Positions 59,821-64,000 of a stretch of DNA of 64,000 nt are shown in pieces. Below the pieces are notes generated by a model. That model worked only from the letters and a program-made list of their open reading frames with translations. It searched no databases and was not told the DNA's origin. The translations under genes and the position numbers were made by a program. Source of the stretch: Eledone cirrhosa (lineage: Eukaryota). The stretch's first letter is position 1. Every line of letters starts with the position of its first letter. The stretch spans positions 2,247 through 66,246 of the forward strand of contig CAXHJY010001142.1 of the NCBI GenBank assembly GCA_964016885.1. Reading direction: 5' to 3'.

Positions 59821-59887
59821 TTTTATTATGCGCATTTCAAAAACAAACATCATCATGCAATAATATTTGTGTTTTCATCAGATAAAA
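59821..59887 (-). ncRNA. Intact type I hammerhead (family K)
   Basis: Minus strand: TTTTAT-CTGATGA-AAACACAAATATTAT TGC ATGATGATGTTTGTTTTT-GAAA-TGCGCA-TA|ATAAAA. Confidence 0.78.
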
Positions 59888-59989
59888 CAGGAGGACATGA
59901 TATGAAGGCTAAAAAACACTTGTGGATAGTGCAGTTTTAAATCAACATATGAGAAGTAGTTTTAGATTGATGTGTGATATTGGGAAAAA

Positions 59990-60600
59990 TATTTTAGTTT
60001 TGCGAGGTTTTTCATATGAAATCGTGTGTCGAAACAAATATTGTTATACTTGGGGAGGGTCATATTTGTGTAATATTGCTGGAATTAATAACAGAACAGA
60101 CTCACTGTTTGGTTGGTTTTCGCTTCTGTGTCTTTTATATCGGTAATCTAATTTATTCGGTCCTCAATGTTGCCATTGACTGACCAACGGTCAAAAATAA
60201 TACAGATACAATATAGACACAAACACATATATATAGTTTATCAAAGTTCTTTCGTTGCATATCTGCAACATCGTCAGTGGTGCTATTGTTTCCTCCGTTG
60301 CATTGTATTTTCTACGCCATCTTTATTTAGTCTGTTTATATATTTATTTATTTGTTTATTTTATTTTGTCTTCTTTGCGCATGCGTTTGCGTGTGTGTAT
60401 AGTGTTTTGTTTGATGTGTGTTCGTGATTGGGTGACTGTGTATTGGTTAATGTATTCTATCTTTACTAGTGTGTGTTTATATGTGTTTGTTGTTATTGTG
60501 CTTGTGTATGTATTTATTTATTTATCTATTTATTTATTTATTTATACTTCTCTTAGGTCAGTGTTGTTTGTTTGGGTGTTGTTGTTATTCCATTTATTCT
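59990..60600 (-). mobile_element. Penelope-like terminal repeat (family J2) with hammerhead at 60239-60282 and ORF start [15 protein letters not shown]
   Basis: Minus strand: CACCA-CTGACGA-T GTTGC AGATAT GCAAC-GAAA-GAAC-TT|TGATA; ATG at 60063. Confidence 0.75.
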
Positions 60601-60605
60601 TTCTG

Positions 60606-60647
<42 letters not shown>

Positions 60648-60709
60648 GAACATAAAGTGAGAGGGAGAAGAGAGAGAGACTGAGATTGACAGAGAGAGAG
60701 ACAGTCAGT

Positions 60710-60742
60710 GTATGTGTGTGTGTGAATGTGCTTGTCTGTATA

Positions 60743-60794
<52 letters not shown>

Positions 60795-60910
60795 AATGCG
60801 CTTGTCTGTATCTGTGTGTGTGTGTGTGTGAATGCGCTTGTCTGTATCTGTGTGTGTGTGTGTGAATGCGCTTGTCTGTATATGTGTGTGTGTGTGTGAA
60901 TGCGCTTGTC

Positions 60911-60956
<46 letters not shown>

Positions 60957-61700
60957 AATGCGCTTGTCTGTATCTGTGTGTGTGTGTGGAATGCGCTTGT
61001 CTGTATATGTGTGTGCGTGTGTGTGAATTGCGCTTGTCTGTATATGTGTGTGTGTGTGTGAATGCGCTTGTCTGTATATATGTGTGTGTGTGTGTGAATG
61101 CGCTTGTCTGTATATGTATGTGTGTGTGTGTGAATGCGCTTGTCTGTATATGTGTGTGTGTGTCTGTGAATGCGCTTGTCTGTATATGTGCGTGTGTGTG
61201 TGTGTGAATGCGCTTGTCTGTATATGTGTGTGCGTGTGTGTGAATGCGCTTGTCTGTATATGTGTGTGCGTGTGTGTGAATGCGCTTGTCTGTATATGTG
61301 TGTGTGTGTGTGTGTGTGTGAATGGGCTTGTCTGTATATGTGTGTGTGTGTGTGTGAATGCGCTTGTCTGTATATGTGTGTGTGTGTGTGTGTGAATGCG
61401 CTTGTCTGTATATGTGTGTGTGTGAATGCGCTTGTCTGTATATGTGTGTGCGTGTGTGTGAATGCGCTTGTCTGTATATGTGTGTGTGTGTGTGTGAATG
61501 CGCTTGTCTGTATATGTGTGTGCGTGTGTGTGAATGCGCTTGTCTGTATATGTGTGTGCGTGTGTGTGAATGCGCTTGTCTTTATCTGTGTGTGTGTGTG
61601 TGTGTGAATGCGCTTGTCTGTATCTGTGTGTGTGTGTACGTGTGTATGTGTACGTGTGTGTGTGTGTGTGTGTGTGTGCATGCGCTTGTATGCCTGTCTG
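60710..61700. repeat. ~30-45-bp tandem repeat GAATGCGCTTGTCTGTATA(TG)n
   Basis: Direct inspection, >20 copies. Confidence 0.93.
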
Positions 61701-61716
61701 TCTGTCTCTCTGTGTA

Positions 61717-61747
<31 letters not shown>

Positions 61748-61748
61748 A

Positions 61749-61780
<32 letters not shown>

Positions 61781-61961
61781 TGTGTGTTGTGTGTATGTGT
61801 GTGTGTGTGTGATAGAGAGGGCGAAGGCGATAAATATTTCAGACAACGTCTTGAAAATGTCGGAAATAGGAACCAAGTTGAAGGACTGCAGTAAATGTAT
61901 GAATAATGAATGTCTTCAGAGGAAATTATATATACACACATATATACACATATATACACAC

Positions 61962-62005
<44 letters not shown>

Positions 62006-62560
62006 ATATACACACATATATATATACACATATATATATACACATATATATACACATATATATATACACATATATATATACACATATATATATACATATA
62101 TATATACACATATATATACACATATATATATACACATATATATATATATACATATGTACACACATATAAACACAAATATACGCATATATATATGTGTGTG
62201 TATATATATATACATATATATACACATATATACATATATACATATACACATATACACATATACACATATACAGATATCCAGATATGCACATATACACATA
62301 TATACACATATATGCACATACATACACACACATACACACACACACACATATATATATATACACATACATATACACACACATATACACACATACACACACA
62401 CACATATATATCCACATACATATACACACACATATACACACATACATACACACACATGTATATATATATATGTATATAATATGTATATATATATACATAT
62501 ATACACACACACATATATTCTATATATATATGTTTGTTTGTTCTTGTGTGTATGCGGGTG

Positions 62561-62628
<68 letters not shown>

Positions 62629-62631
62629 TGT

Positions 62632-62721
<90 letters not shown>

Positions 62722-62934
62722 ATATATGTGTATGTGTGTGTTGTTTGTATCTCTATATAAAAGAAATATAGATTATCGAAACACCGTGTAATTTGAAAAA
62801 AAATGGCGGATACCTAAATGCAGAAAGTAACTGTTAAATAAGTCGTTTGTAATAAATAATTCTATGTATCGCAATGTATACACACTTTTATTAGAAGGCT
62901 GTTGAAGTGTGTATACAGATTTTGGAACAGCCTG

Positions 62935-62973
<39 letters not shown>

Positions 62974-62978
<5 letters not shown>

Positions 62979-63115
62979 ATCAAAAGATGGTTAAAAGAGT
63001 TCCATGTATTTTATTATGCGCATTTCAAAAACAAATATCATCGGGTTGATATTTGTTTTTGAAATGCGCATAATAAAATACTTGAAACTCTTTTAACCAT
63101 CTTTTGATCTTATAT
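62974..63115. mobile_element. Fold-back of family K 3' half
   Basis: Arms 62974-63040 and 63047-63115, homologous to 59784-59852. Confidence 0.8.
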
Positions 63116-63224
63116 TATTTATACTCCAGTCCTACAAACTGTTGAGTGCTACTTATCCGATATTTGCATTGCTTTATTGTGCTACAATAAAATTCACCTC
63201 CTACATATATATATATATATATAT

Positions 63225-63356
63225 TCCCTGACGTTATCTCTAGGGATACGGGAATCAGCAGACAGGACCTGGGGGCAGCGATGGGGGACAGGGGATTCTG
63301 GGGCATGAGAGTGAGATCCATCATCTCGACAGTAGTCGTCGAGTGACGATGATGAT
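63225..63356 (+). mobile_element. RTE LINE 3' end with (GAT)n tail
   Basis: PDVISRDTGISRQDLGAAMGDRGFWGMRV...* followed by GATGATGAT. Confidence 0.65.
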
Positions 63357-63472
63357 ATATATATATATTGAAATACCAATGATGGTTGGAAAATCACTGA
63401 CGAAGGACTATTTTTATCATATGTAAGCCATGTGCAAACCACGCAGTATTCTTCTTCCTTCTCATGTTTTTC

Positions 63473-63562
<90 letters not shown>

Positions 63563-63830
63563 AATGGCCGGCTTTGCCACTGACAGTTGGAAGGCGAACA
63601 TTGAGCTGTACTGTGAAAGTTGATACCCAGAAATATTAGTGTCTGCAGTTCTGTTTATATGTCAACACAAGAGCAAGAATGAAGCGTTCATTCTACCGAC
63701 ATGGCTTTAAAATTGAGGCTTGTTTGCATAATTGCAATCGAATCGAATGTTATTATTAATATTCGAAAATCTCAGATTACATTTATTGTATTCAACCATG
63801 CAGATGGAAAAAAAAAATTATTTTTAAAAT

Positions 63831-63878
<48 letters not shown>

Positions 63879-63880
<2 letters not shown>

Positions 63881-64000
63881 CGGAGGAAATGTGGTAAGGA
63901 ACCAGGTGGACCATAACGCACCAAAATACTCAATACTTAGGGTAGTAGAGTGGGTAATAGGAACGAGTAGGACCCCGAGTCCAGAATTAGCCGTCGAAAC
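63879..64000. mobile_element. Family P fold-back repeat (runs off the window)
   Basis: Minus arm to 63976, plus arm starts GAGTCCAG at 63977. Confidence 0.7.

Overview
This is a gene-free, repeat-saturated eukaryotic window. It is most likely from an octopus or other coleoid cephalopod, inferred from the SINE families and the extreme (TA)n/(CA)n density. No host protein-coding gene can be supported, and almost every ORF in the track is a microsatellite or minisatellite artefact. The only intact coding unit is a nearly full-length L1/Tx1-clade LINE (ORF1 9140-10351; APE-RT-CCHC ORF2 10376-13813) sitting in (TCTA)/(TA) repeats. Other elements are two tRNA-derived SINE families, RTE, R4/Dong and Tigger relics, a Tc1/mariner MITE and four large tandem arrays. 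The main hidden signal is about 27 type-I hammerhead-ribozyme motifs, read by eye, from at least a dozen different short repeat families; about 20 have an intact catalytic core. They show compensatory helix-II changes and palindromic helix III, and three to four families use the rare U3-A8 core (UUGANAA). They are embedded in Penelope-like (Neptune-type GIY-YIG) terminal repeats and in ~570-590-nt retrozyme-like units with terminal redundancy. They abut (TA)n and are repeatedly arranged as head-to-head fold-back inversions.
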